From an uncultured Arcobacter sp. (GTDB lineage: Bacteria > Campylobacterota > Campylobacteria > Campylobacterales > Arcobacteraceae): a stretch of 64,000 nucleotides of DNA. The position numbers and the translations under genes are program-made. This document shows, in pieces, positions 37,032 through 47,534 of this stretch (its first letter is position 1; each line of letters opens with the position of its first letter). Location of the stretch: the NCBI GenBank assembly GCA_965140705.1, contig OZ223300.1:1408001-1472000 (forward strand), in the 5' to 3' direction. Under the pieces are notes generated by a model that did no database searches, was not told where the DNA came from, and saw only the letters and a program-made list of their open reading frames with translations.

Positions 37032-39115
37032 CTTTTTACCTCTGGATTTCTTAGGGCTTGTAGAACAGCATCTCTTGGTCCATTTGCTACAATTTTCCCT
37101 TCATTGATAACTATAAGTCTATCAACTAACTCTAAAGCTGCAAACCTGTGAGTAATTAGAATCAAAGTTTTGTCTTTGACAATATCTTTTAGACTAAGCA
37201 TTAATTTCTTTTCTAATCCAACATCTAATCCCGTTGTTGGTTCATCTAAAATCAAAATCGATGGGTCATTTGCTATTGACCTTGCAAGACCCACTAAGTG
37301 CCTTTGTCCTGTACTTAAGTTAGAACCTCTCTCTCCCACAGGTATTCCATCACCTTGACCACTTTTTTTAACTAAATCTTCTAATCCAGTCAATTTAATT
37401 AATTCCATCATCTTTTCTTTACTGATAGGTTTTGATAGTTCAATATTCTCTTTTAGTGTTCCATTAAATAAAAATGGCTCTTGTGCCATTACCCCAATAT
37501 TATCTCTTATTTCAACAGGATGTATTGTCGAAATATTATGATTATCTATGAAAATACTACCTTGTGTTGGGTGGAGTAAGCCAGTAAGTAATTTTAATAA
37601 AGTAGATTTACCAGCACCAGTTTGACCAATAATTCCTACTTTTTCACCCCTATTAATTTTTATATTAATATTATCCAATGATGGATATTTTGCATTTTTA
37701 AAATAAAAAGAGACATTTTTAAGTTCGATATCTCCATGTAGTTTTCCAAGTCCTATTTCAATATTTTTTTCATTTTCTAAGGGTAAACTCCAAAAATCTC
37801 TAAGATTTATAAGTGAGTCTTTTATCTCTTTAAATTTTATAACCATAGATGAGATATTTATAATAGGCACCATTGATCTACTTGATAATATTGTTACAGC
37901 AATCAATCCACCCACACTTAAGTTTTTCTTTGATATTTCAAATACTCCTACTGCTATTACAAGAATTGTTGTCAGTTGAATAAGTGATTGTGAAATATTA
38001 ATTGCAAAAGTATTTACTTTTTGTATTTTTACTTGAACATCTTCTGTATGGGAAATAATACTTCTCCATTTGAAAATCTTAGAAGATAAGGCATTTGATA
38101 GTTTAACAGTATCAGTCGCTTGAATAGATTCAATCATAAAGTTATGTTTAGATTGCACATTATCAAGATGTTTTTTACTTAGATTAGAAATAGGTATTTG
38201 TAAAGATATATTTATAACTATGATAGTTATTGAAATAAATAGTGGCACCATAGCAACTGTTGATGAAATTAAGAAAATAGTAATCAAAGCAAAAAAGAAA
38301 AATGGGAAATCAATCAATTGCATAATTGTTCTAGTTGCAAAAAAATCCCGAACAGTTGAAAGTTCTTTAAACAGATTTACTTTAGCCCCTGTCATCATCA
38401 CATCATATTGTGCTTGTAAAGCTAAAACTCTTTTCATAAGTGCTTCTTCAAAATAAATAGAGAGTTTTTTACCTGTTTTGTCAATAATATGGCTTCTTGC
38501 ACTTTTAAATACAAGGTCAAAAATTAGTACAATAACTAGTCCAAGACTTAATACAAAAAGTGTATCATAAGCAGCATTTGGAACAACTCTATCATATACA
38601 ATCATAGTAAAAAGAGGTGTAAACAAAGCAAAAATATTAATAAAAAAAGTTAAAACACCAACTTCAACATAAGACTTCCAAAAAGATTTAATAGGGTTCC
38701 AAAACCAATTATTATCAATGGCTTTATCTAAGAGCTCTTTTTTTGTATCTTCCCTAAAAATCAAAATCGCTGTATTGTATTTTTTTAACTCTTTATAGCT
38801 GATTTCACGTACTTGTTCTCTCAATGAATCGTATATTTCTATTTTTTTATTTGCAATGTTTTTTCTATAAATTACAGAGTTATTATTTTCATCTATTATT
38901 ATGCATGGTAGGAAATGTGAGGGGATATCTTGTGCATTTAAATCTTTTTTGATACATACTAATCCAATTTGTTCACAAACTGTAAAAATCGAATCAATAT
39001 TAAAGTCATCATCTTTTATAGCATCTAAACTTAATATGGTATTTACACTAACTTCACCATAGTAAAAATCTAGCATATATTTAAAAGTAGGTAGAAGATT
39101 TTTTATAGTATCCAA
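37028..39115 (-). CDS. Type I secretion ABC permease/ATPase (LapB/HlyB-like)
   Basis: C39-like N-terminus, VYDRVVPN TM domain, GQTGAGKST, LSTGQ, ILDEPT and ITHR. Confidence 0.95.
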   Translation of the reverse strand: MDTIKNLLPTFKYMLDFYYGEVSVNTILSLDAIKDDDFNIDSIFTVCEQIGLVCIKKDLNAQDIPSHFLPCIIIDENNNSVIYRKNIANKKIEIYDSLREQVREISYKELKKYNTAILIFREDTKKELLDKAIDNNWFWNPIKSFWKSYVEVGVLTFFINIFALFTPLFTMIVYDRVVPNAAYDTLFVLSLGLVIVLIFDLVFKSARSHIIDKTGKKLSIYFEEALMKRVLALQAQYDVMMTGAKVNLFKELSTVRDFFATRTIMQLIDFPFFFFALITIFLISSTVAMVPLFISITIIVINISLQIPISNLSKKHLDNVQSKHNFMIESIQATDTVKLSNALSSKIFKWRSIISHTEDVQVKIQKVNTFAINISQSLIQLTTILVIAVGVFEISKKNLSVGGLIAVTILSSRSMVPIINISSMVIKFKEIKDSLINLRDFWSLPLENEKNIEIGLGKLHGDIELKNVSFYFKNAKYPSLDNINIKINRGEKVGIIGQTGAGKSTLLKLLTGLLHPTQGSIFIDNHNISTIHPVEIRDNIGVMAQEPFLFNGTLKENIELSKPISKEKMMELIKLTGLEDLVKKSGQGDGIPVGERGSNLSTGQRHLVGLARSIANDPSILILDEPTTGLDVGLEKKLMLSLKDIVKDKTLILITHRFAALELVDRLIVINEGKIVANGPRDAVLQALRNPEVKR

Positions 39116-39246
39116 AATAAACCTTAGTATTGTAAAATCGAGGAAATTCTAACCAAAACATCCTTATAGAAAAGTAATAATTTAAGTTATACTTATGTTT
39201 TTATAATGTATCATTGCCACTTATAAAAATTTAGGATTAATTAAGA

Positions 39247-40200
39247 ATGTTTACATTTATCAAACGACTTCAAGAGTTAATTGCAAGGCTAAAAAAGAAT
39301 AAGGGAATGTGGTTTACTACCCTAACGGTTATATCTGTTATGGGAATCTTTTTTTGTATGTATGTAATAACTACAATGACAGATAGAGTTTCAAAAGAAG
39401 TCTACGCAAGTATGACTAAAAATTATGAAAATATCCTAAATATAAGAATAGAAAACAAAAAGAAAGAGTTTGAAAAGCTATTTGTATCTATTGAACAAAA
39501 TGGAACCTTATTAGGTGGAATTGAAAATAATAATAAAATCATGTATGAAGCAATTTCAAACTACTTAAATGAAGAGTTTTTAAAAATGGGATTTCCAGAT
39601 TTAAAAATAAAAATTTATAATGTTGAAAATAAAGATAAGGTATTAAGAAATACAATTAATACTGTAATAAACACAAAAAAACCTCTTTTTGGAGCAGAAG
39701 TTTTACCTGAAGGTGTTTTTTATGTATATCTTTCACCTTTAATAAGAGATGGAAATGTTTTTGGTGTAGTAGAATTTAGAGATTCTATACACTCTTTTCA
39801 AAATAATTTCTTAAAACAAGGAAGTGATTATGTTTTTATTTTAGATAAAAAGATGTTGCCTTTTATCTCTTTAGAATATAAAAACAATAGATATGAAGAG
39901 ATAAATGATCAATTTATATTTGAAAAAGTAAGATATGACACTCTGTTCTCAACAACAATTAAAAATATTCAAGAAGATAAATTTAATAAATTTTTGCAAT
40001 CAAAATATATTGTAGATGATGGCTATTTTAGATCAATAAAGAAAATTACGGATATAAATGGTGCAGAAATTGGATATATGATAGTAGGTGAAACTACAGA
40101 AACTAGTGGTGGATTTGTTAATATTGCTAGAAATATGACCAATACCGTTACAACAGTTGCTCTAGGGCTTATTATATCTATTATTTTATTTTTATTTTAG
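39247..40200 (+). CDS. Two-TM protein with periplasmic Cache-type sensor domain and no cytoplasmic output domain
   Basis: TM1, periplasmic region with TKKPLFGAEV..G....YLSPLIRDGNVFGVVEF and ITDINGAEIGY (Cache-like), TM2 ending at the stop codon. Confidence 0.65.
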   Translation: MFTFIKRLQELIARLKKNKGMWFTTLTVISVMGIFFCMYVITTMTDRVSKEVYASMTKNYENILNIRIENKKKEFEKLFVSIEQNGTLLGGIENNNKIMYEAISNYLNEEFLKMGFPDLKIKIYNVENKDKVLRNTINTVINTKKPLFGAEVLPEGVFYVYLSPLIRDGNVFGVVEFRDSIHSFQNNFLKQGSDYVFILDKKMLPFISLEYKNNRYEEINDQFIFEKVRYDTLFSTTIKNIQEDKFNKFLQSKYIVDDGYFRSIKKITDINGAEIGYMIVGETTETSGGFVNIARNMTNTVTTVALGLIISIILFLF

Positions 40201-40208
40201 GCTAAATA

Positions 40209-41375
40209 ATGAGAAGACTTAAGATATTAAAAATATATTTTATATTTTGGCTTTTTATATTTTTCTTAGTTTTTTCAAATTTTGATAGTTTTATAACTTT
40301 CTTTATGGCTACTTTGACTTTCAATATAGCCGTGCTTACAATTTTGGGAATTGGTATGGTTATTGTCTATCATGCTGCTTTTAGATTGACAATGCTTGCT
40401 GGTACATTTGGAATATTGGCATATAAAAAAGGTGATGAATTAATTTATTACCTAAAGGGTATTGATAAAATTATGCCAGCTAATATTGCTCATATGTTTT
40501 ATAAAAGAGCAAAATCTGGGACTTTGTATTTTACTCAAAGTGAAGCAAAAGATGTTACAACTTGGTTAGAAGAGAAGTTTGAAAATCAAAAAATATATAT
40601 AAACTTCTTTACGGCAACTGCCTTAATGATAGGTCTATTTGGGACATTTACAGGACTTTTGAAATCAATTGATGAAATGGGTGCAATTGTATTATCTTTA
40701 GGTGGAGATATCAATTTAACTGAAGTAATTGGGAGCTTTTCAGGACCATTAAGTGGTATGGCAATTGGATTTGGTTCATCACTATTTGGTGTTGCTACTG
40801 CTATTATTTTAAGTTTAAAAACATATATCCTAAGTAGAAATCAAGAAACCTTTATAGAAGGTATTGAAGATTGGATGAAAGGAAAAATTATTGATACCCA
40901 ATCTGATGAAGTAATTCAACAGTTTAATGAAGTCTCAGGAATTCGTACAAGTGTTAGTAATGTTGCAGGTTCTTCTAATCAAGCTAGTGGGGTATCAGGG
41001 GAACTTGTTATTCGTAAGTTTTTAGATATATTCTCTGATTCAATGAATGAATTAAAAGATGATCTTAAAAAAAGTAGCGAAGCAAATGAAGTTTTATTTA
41101 AAATCTTATCTGATAATTTAGAATCTAGTTCAAAAATAACTGGAAATCAACTTACTTTACTGGAAGGTATCAATAATTCAATCAAAGAATTAAACATAAA
41201 TCAATATAGTAATTCTAATACTTTAGATGAGTCAATACAAAGCTTGGCAAATATTGCAACAAGTCAAAATAAGAATATAAGACAATTATTGGAAGTACAA
41301 AATCAAAACAATGAAATGATGATGGATTTTATGAATAAATTTGATGCTAGATTATCTAAAATTGAAAACAAGTAA
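40209..41375 (+). CDS. MotA/TolQ/ExbB family proton channel protein, SiiB-like
   Basis: ALMIGLFGTFTGL..GPLSGMAIGFGSSLFGVATAIIL TM signature, extra N-terminal TMs, helical C-terminal tail. Confidence 0.85.
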   Translation: MRRLKILKIYFIFWLFIFFLVFSNFDSFITFFMATLTFNIAVLTILGIGMVIVYHAAFRLTMLAGTFGILAYKKGDELIYYLKGIDKIMPANIAHMFYKRAKSGTLYFTQSEAKDVTTWLEEKFENQKIYINFFTATALMIGLFGTFTGLLKSIDEMGAIVLSLGGDINLTEVIGSFSGPLSGMAIGFGSSLFGVATAIILSLKTYILSRNQETFIEGIEDWMKGKIIDTQSDEVIQQFNEVSGIRTSVSNVAGSSNQASGVSGELVIRKFLDIFSDSMNELKDDLKKSSEANEVLFKILSDNLESSSKITGNQLTLLEGINNSIKELNINQYSNSNTLDESIQSLANIATSQNKNIRQLLEVQNQNNEMMMDFMNKFDARLSKIENK

Positions 41376-41386
41376 TTGGATAAATA

Positions 41387-42052
41387 ATGGGTAAAAAACA
41401 CGTTGATGAATTTAATCCTTGGCCACCATTTGTTGATATCTTTTCTTCTGTAATATTGGTTTTGCTACTTTTTTTATTGATTACTATTGTTAATATTGCT
41501 TATTATGCACAGTTTAAATTCAAAGTTGCTTATACTGGAACAATTGCTACAAATGAATTAGTTCTTCAAAACAATGCTCCTCAAGTTTCTAAAAAAGAAA
41601 AAGTTGATGTTAAAGTAGAAGATCCTATTGAAAACCAAGAAAATATTGGTGATATACAAAGTGCTGGAAAAGATTTAAGTAGAATTTATCAAGATGATAA
41701 TACAAAACAAAAAGTAATTTCATCTGATGATTATCTTGTGATTAATTTTGGAAGTGAAACTGTAAAATTAGATGATCCAATTATCGTACAAATTAAAGAC
41801 TTCATTGCAAAAATGAAAAAGAAATATCCTAATAATATTGTTCATGTAAGTGCTGTAGACCCTACAAATCAAATTAGTGCTACAGTGATGAAACAAATAT
41901 CATTAGCTCGTACTTTAAATGCAAGAAATCTTGTAAGAAAACTTAATTATAAAAGAAAAGATGTACAAGTTGATTTATTAAATCCAAAGAGTTTAAATAT
42001 TAATAATAAGAATGAATTTGGTTATATTATTCTTAGAGTAGAGAAGAAGTAG
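41387..42052 (+). CDS. MotB-like single-TM protein, SiiA-like
   Basis: DEFNPWPPFVDIFSSVILVLLLF carries the conserved membrane Asp. C-terminal degenerate OmpA-like region (ISLARTLNARNL). Confidence 0.8.
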   Translation: MGKKHVDEFNPWPPFVDIFSSVILVLLLFLLITIVNIAYYAQFKFKVAYTGTIATNELVLQNNAPQVSKKEKVDVKVEDPIENQENIGDIQSAGKDLSRIYQDDNTKQKVISSDDYLVINFGSETVKLDDPIIVQIKDFIAKMKKKYPNNIVHVSAVDPTNQISATVMKQISLARTLNARNLVRKLNYKRKDVQVDLLNPKSLNINNKNEFGYIILRVEKK

Positions 42053-44811
42053 TGTTGAGAAAAATTGAATTATCTATTTTATTTATCTTTATATCGTTTA
42101 ATTTACTGTTTGCTAATAGCTCTGAAAATAAGGAAGAAAGTTTATCTTCAAAAGAGTCTATAAAAGTAGAAGTAACTCCCAAAAAGCTTCTTGAAAAGAC
42201 TAAAGGGATGGAGAGAATTTCAGGAAAAGATACGGGAAAAACTGCAATTGTTTCTAAACCTATTGTAAAAAGTTTAAAAAAGATTTTTGGTGAAGAGACA
42301 ACATCTGATGTTAAAAAATACGAAAAGGTATCATTACTAGATGTAGTATTGGAGACAATTTCAAATAACTATAAAGTAAAAGTTGCTAGGGAAAAAGTAA
42401 GACAAGCCCAAATAGATTTGGATACTGCATACTCAGGATATAAACCAACTATTGATTTAGAATATAGTAATGCTCGTACAAACTTAAATCCAAGTGATGA
42501 TGGACCTAATACTGCTGCAAATAAATATAATGATGAAACATTAAAACTTCAATTAAAACAAAATTTATATTCAGGTGGTGCTACTGAATATAAAATAAAA
42601 GGTCTAAAAAAGAGTTTAGAAGTTGCTAAAAATAGATATGAACTTTCAATTGCAACAGAAATACAAAATGCTATTAAAGCATATTTGGGAGTTGTATTCT
42701 CTCACCAGTCACTGTTAGTTACAGAATCCAATATGAAATCACTTAAAAGAATATTGGAAATAGTTACAACAAAATATAAATTGGGTGCTGCTACTATTGG
42801 AGATTTGAACTCTATTAAGGCTAGTGTTTCAAATGCAGAAACAAAACTTAGTAAAACAAACTCTAAGTTTGTGGAAGCTTTGAGATATTATGAATATATT
42901 GCAGGAGAAAAATTCAAAAATACCTTACCTTATGAGTACAACTTCAAAATAAAGATTGGTGAATTGGATAAATTGATTGAAGAGGGCTTTAAAAATAATT
43001 TAAATATTGTTAGTTATCGATTGACTATTGAATCTGAACGTAATAAGTTAAAAAGTGCACAATCTTCATTTAAACCTAAAGTTGATCTTGAGTTATCTCG
43101 TACAAGAATATTTGCTAAAGATGCTTTACCTGAAGAGCTTTATATTCAAAATAGAACTTCTGCAATGATTAAAATTAAGTATAATTTATATAATGGTGAT
43201 AAAGATTATAACAAAGTTTTATCAGTATATAGTACGATAAGAGAAGTTAACTATAAAATAGAAGAAGAAAAAAGAAAATTAAAATGGATAATTTCAAACT
43301 TGCATCAATCTTTGCATTCACAAGATGATTCTATCCAAAGTACAATTGATGAAGTAGATTCTTCAAATGTTACAGTGGAGTCTTATTGGGAAGCTTTTAA
43401 AAATGGAGAACAAGATTTACTAACACTTTTAACTGCACAAAGACAACTAAATACTGCACAAGTTTCTTTGATAGAATCTTATCAAAATAGGTTAAATGAT
43501 TATTATAAACTATTATTTGAAACAGGTGCTCTTGTAGAACATTTTCAATTAGACCCTACAAAAGATAATTTTATTGATTTTACAAAAAGTAATTATAAAA
43601 AGAAAAATTCAACACTAAGTGCTGAACAAATAGATTTAATGGAATTTGCAAAAAGAAAAGAGAAAAAAGAAAAAGAAACGGCAGTTCAAAAAGTTGATAC
43701 CTTAGAAGATATTCTAAAATTTAAAGATAAATTTTTAGATACTGATGATGATTATTTTACAATTTATATTGGGAAATTCAAATCTATCTATGACACTTTT
43801 AATTATATAAAAAGTAATAAGTTCTCTAAAAAATCTTTTATGGTAGATGAATTAGAAAATTATAAGTTTAAAAATGTTTTAGCCTATGGTATTTTTGAAA
43901 CAAAAAAGGATGCTAATACTGCTTTGGATTCATTGAAAAAAGTTGAAAATAAAAAGTATAAAGTTGTATCAATTGGAAAGATAAAAGATTTATATAAGAA
44001 ATATATAAATGGGTATGATCAATTAAAACCAAAAGAATTAGTTGAGACTAGAACAATTAAAATGGTTCCAAAAGCACCTTCAGAATTCTTCACAAATAAA
44101 GAGTTCAAAGATAAATTTTTATCAGCAAGTGAAGATTACTATACAATTAATCTTGCTACTTTATCAAATCTTGATAGTGTCGTAAGATTAGTTAATCGTG
44201 AGAATCTTTATGATAACTCATTTATTTTTAGATATGGTCCCAAAAAAGAGTGGATAAAAATTGTTTATGGAGTATATGCTAATTATAAAGAAGCAGAACT
44301 TGCCTTATCTTCATTATCTAGTGAGGTAAAAGATAAATATTTTCCTATTGTTGAAAGTATTAAAAATAAACAAGATTTATATAAAAAATATTCTGATTTG
44401 AAATTAGGAACTCCAAGTTTTTCTACGAAAAAAGGAGAATTTGTCAAACTTTCAGAAGAGACAAAAACCCAATTAAGAGATGTGAAAACAAAAAAAGTTA
44501 TTAAAAAGAAAAGTCAAGATAAATCTTCAATAAAAGAAGAGAAAAAAGAACAAAAAGAAGAGAAAAAACAGAAAAAAGAAAAAGAAGAATCAAGATCAGA
44601 AAAATATACTATAAATGCTGTAAAAATCAAAAAAGATAAAGTAGATTGGTTCTTAAATAGGTATGAGGTAAAAGGTTATAATATAAAAGATTTAGGTGCT
44701 GGAGAAGTAGAGATAAATTTGGGTACTTTTGATAGTAAAAAAGATGCTTTAAAAGCTTTAGGTAAATATCATCCATATATCCAATCTAGTGCAAAAATAG
44801 TAAAAGAGTAG
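42052..44811 (+). CDS. TolC family outer membrane protein with C-terminal SPOR-like repeats
   Basis: Signal peptide, two OEP repeats (YKPTIDL..QNLYSGG; FKPKVDL..YNLYNG..GEQDLLTLL.AQ), then three Y.TI....YG.(F/Y)....A..AL repeats. Confidence 0.85.
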   Translation: MLRKIELSILFIFISFNLLFANSSENKEESLSSKESIKVEVTPKKLLEKTKGMERISGKDTGKTAIVSKPIVKSLKKIFGEETTSDVKKYEKVSLLDVVLETISNNYKVKVAREKVRQAQIDLDTAYSGYKPTIDLEYSNARTNLNPSDDGPNTAANKYNDETLKLQLKQNLYSGGATEYKIKGLKKSLEVAKNRYELSIATEIQNAIKAYLGVVFSHQSLLVTESNMKSLKRILEIVTTKYKLGAATIGDLNSIKASVSNAETKLSKTNSKFVEALRYYEYIAGEKFKNTLPYEYNFKIKIGELDKLIEEGFKNNLNIVSYRLTIESERNKLKSAQSSFKPKVDLELSRTRIFAKDALPEELYIQNRTSAMIKIKYNLYNGDKDYNKVLSVYSTIREVNYKIEEEKRKLKWIISNLHQSLHSQDDSIQSTIDEVDSSNVTVESYWEAFKNGEQDLLTLLTAQRQLNTAQVSLIESYQNRLNDYYKLLFETGALVEHFQLDPTKDNFIDFTKSNYKKKNSTLSAEQIDLMEFAKRKEKKEKETAVQKVDTLEDILKFKDKFLDTDDDYFTIYIGKFKSIYDTFNYIKSNKFSKKSFMVDELENYKFKNVLAYGIFETKKDANTALDSLKKVENKKYKVVSIGKIKDLYKKYINGYDQLKPKELVETRTIKMVPKAPSEFFTNKEFKDKFLSASEDYYTINLATLSNLDSVVRLVNRENLYDNSFIFRYGPKKEWIKIVYGVYANYKEAELALSSLSSEVKDKYFPIVESIKNKQDLYKKYSDLKLGTPSFSTKKGEFVKLSEETKTQLRDVKTKKVIKKKSQDKSSIKEEKKEQKEEKKQKKEKEESRSEKYTINAVKIKKDKVDWFLNRYEVKGYNIKDLGAGEVEINLGTFDSKKDALKALGKYHPYIQSSAKIVKE

Positions 44812-44814
44812 TAA

Positions 44815-46941
44815 ATGACAATACGAAATAAGATTTTTATATTTGTAGCTTTTATAGTTATCTCTATATCTTTATTTGTAATATCACTAATGTACTCTTC
44901 TGAAAAAGCACTGATACAATCAAATTTTGAAAAAACTAATCAAAAAAATAGAGAGTTTTTAATAAGTACTTTGCAGAAGAATCTTTTATTAAACCAAGAA
45001 GAAGTAATCAATAATATACTTAATATCACACTAAATAGTACAAATATCAAATATATAAAAATCTTTTTTGAAAACTATTTATTTACAAAAGAGGCATTAA
45101 TAAAAAACTCAATATATCCCCATTATTCAAATTGGAAAGTTAGTGATGTAAGTGTAGATGCTAGAGTAGGGTATGTAAATATTGAACCTAATAATTATTA
45201 TAAATTAAATAATAGTGTAAATTTTAATCCAAAAGAACCCCTATCTCTTAAATTCTTTTTATACAAAGGTGATAAAACATTAAATGCTATTTCTAAATTG
45301 AACTTTTTTTATGAAAAAGCTAGGGAAGGCTTTGATATAAAAAGTATTGATAAAAATCTTATCTCTAGTTCAAATATCTATTTTTTTGATAGAAAACTAG
45401 GTAGGATTGATTATCTAATAGATGAAAGTGTACTGCAAAAGAAATTATCAAAACTAGATTATGATTATTTAATATATACTATTATTGCTATTTTATTAAT
45501 GCTTATAATTATTTATTTGATTTATTATTACTTTTCTAAAAGTGTAACTTTAAAAAATGTTATTATGTTTAAAGAGTATTTAAAAGAGGTTTTAGATACT
45601 AATATGTCAAATAAACCAATGGAAAAAAGTGGAGATCCTAATATTGATGAATCAATAGATTTATTGAGTAAAATCTTAAAAAAATATTCAGCAGTTTTAA
45701 GTGAACTTAATATAAATAAAGACATCTTAGAAAGAAAAGTTTTTACAGATGATTTAACGGGACTACCAAACCAAAAAGTTTTTGAACTAGACTTAAAAAA
45801 CATGTTTATATTAGCTTCTAGTGGTTATATTGGTTTAATTAAACTTGATTGTTTAGGCTCTTTTACGAAAGATAATGGTTCAGCTTTGGCTAATCATTTA
45901 ATTGAGGAATTTTCTAATACTGTACAAAATAAATTTTCAGAGCATGGCTTTAGTAAATCTACTTTTTATAGATTTTTTGGTTCAGAGTTTGCAATAATAA
46001 TTAAAGATGAAAATGAAGATAAAGTAAAAGATTATTGCATTGATTTAGAAGAAGAGTTTAATGAAGTAAAAGAAAGATATGAGATAAAAGATAAATTAGC
46101 TTATTTTAGTTTTATTCCATTTGATAAATATGGAACAATAAACTCTATTCTTCAATCTATGACAGAATCTTATAACAAAGTAAAAGATAGTGGAGAAACT
46201 TTCAATATTGTTAACTCATCAGAGGTATTAGATAAGTTTTTACTTTTAGAACAAAATGTTCGAGATATAATTAGTAATAACTCCTTTGAAATCACTTTTG
46301 GACTAGATACAAAAAGTAATGGATTTGGTGAAAAAACTATCATGAGGGAAGTTATTCCTATTATATATGATGAAAACCATGAGAGATTTCAAATTGGAAC
46401 ATTTATATCAATCTGTGAAAAAATTGATATGGCAATTGATTTTGATAAATTGGTTATTCAGAAGGTTGTTCAATATATCAAATCAAATGAAATAAGTCAT
46501 GTTGTAGCTATAAATTTATCACTTTTTTCATTAAGAGATAAAGAGTTTATTAATTGGTTGCATTCATTGCTAATTTTAGATAAAGATATTACAAAGTATT
46601 TAGTATTTAGTTTAACTTCTTATAATGTTTCAACTAATATTGATGTATTTAGAAACTTTGTAAGTGAGGTTCATAGATTTGGAGCAAAAGTTATTTTGAA
46701 AAGATATAGTTCAAATGATTTTACACTTGATGAGTTGAAAAGTTTTAAATTGGATTATTTAAGAATTAATAAGGACTATACGACAAATGTCTCAAATGAT
46801 AGGGACAAGAAACATTTTTTAAGATCAATAGTTAATTTTGGGCAAGCAAATAATACTCTTATCTTAGGAGATAATATAAAAGATTTAAATGATTTAGAAA
46901 TCTGTTATGCTATGGGTATTGATGGGAATAGTAGTTATTAA
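44815..46941 (+). CDS. Membrane-bound degenerate GGDEF-EAL protein (LapD-like)
   Basis: Two TMs, DDLTGLPN, RFFGSEF in place of GGDEF, REVIP in place of EAL, LKRYS in place of DDFG. Confidence 0.8.
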   Translation: MTIRNKIFIFVAFIVISISLFVISLMYSSEKALIQSNFEKTNQKNREFLISTLQKNLLLNQEEVINNILNITLNSTNIKYIKIFFENYLFTKEALIKNSIYPHYSNWKVSDVSVDARVGYVNIEPNNYYKLNNSVNFNPKEPLSLKFFLYKGDKTLNAISKLNFFYEKAREGFDIKSIDKNLISSSNIYFFDRKLGRIDYLIDESVLQKKLSKLDYDYLIYTIIAILLMLIIIYLIYYYFSKSVTLKNVIMFKEYLKEVLDTNMSNKPMEKSGDPNIDESIDLLSKILKKYSAVLSELNINKDILERKVFTDDLTGLPNQKVFELDLKNMFILASSGYIGLIKLDCLGSFTKDNGSALANHLIEEFSNTVQNKFSEHGFSKSTFYRFFGSEFAIIIKDENEDKVKDYCIDLEEEFNEVKERYEIKDKLAYFSFIPFDKYGTINSILQSMTESYNKVKDSGETFNIVNSSEVLDKFLLLEQNVRDIISNNSFEITFGLDTKSNGFGEKTIMREVIPIIYDENHERFQIGTFISICEKIDMAIDFDKLVIQKVVQYIKSNEISHVVAINLSLFSLRDKEFINWLHSLLILDKDITKYLVFSLTSYNVSTNIDVFRNFVSEVHRFGAKVILKRYSSNDFTLDELKSFKLDYLRINKDYTTNVSNDRDKKHFLRSIVNFGQANNTLILGDNIKDLNDLEICYAMGIDGNSSY

Positions 46942-47534
46942 TGAAAGGTTTAAATATGAAGTTTTTTTATCTAGGTGCAATTTTAATACTTCTATTATTT
47001 AATGGATGTGCAAATAAAGAATTAGTTACAAATAGATATTTTAAAGCATATACAAAAGACGAAGTTTTAAACGCTAGTAAATTGGCTTTTAGAGATGTTC
47101 CAAATAGTGAATATATTGTTGACTCTTACAGAGATAAACTTGAAGTTACTAAAATAGAGTTATTCTATGATATCTTAAAGAAAAAAGAGTATGTCCTAAA
47201 AGTTGATGAGGATAACTGTGGTACAAGTGCTGCTTTAGAGATAAAGACAAGCGATTCAGATGGAAAAAATCCACAATATGATGATATAGATGATCATAAT
47301 GAAATTTGGGACAGAATAGATTATTTTTTAGGTAAAAGAGATGAAGTTCTTGCTAATGGTAAAAAACTTACTAAAGATAAAAGATTAAATAAAATGTTTA
47401 TTAATTATGTTCAAAATATAACTAATGATAAAATAATCAATCCTACAAAAGATATGAGTAATTGTGTGATTAAAGATGAATTTGCCTTTGGTGTTATAAA
47501 AGATAAAATAGATGAAGAAAATGAAAATAAATAA
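46941..47534 (+). CDS. Hypothetical lipoprotein
   Basis: Hydrophobic leader ending in the lipobox LFNGC. Confidence 0.7.
   Translation: MKGLNMKFFYLGAILILLLFNGCANKELVTNRYFKAYTKDEVLNASKLAFRDVPNSEYIVDSYRDKLEVTKIELFYDILKKKEYVLKVDEDNCGTSAALEIKTSDSDGKNPQYDDIDDHNEIWDRIDYFLGKRDEVLANGKKLTKDKRLNKMFINYVQNITNDKIINPTKDMSNCVIKDEFAFGVIKDKIDEENENK

Noticed and set aside
40209..42052. Zorya ZorAB or flagellar MotAB
   Set aside because: No ZorC/D/E or flagellar genes nearby; the pair is embedded in a T1SS operon and has a SiiA-like N-terminus.
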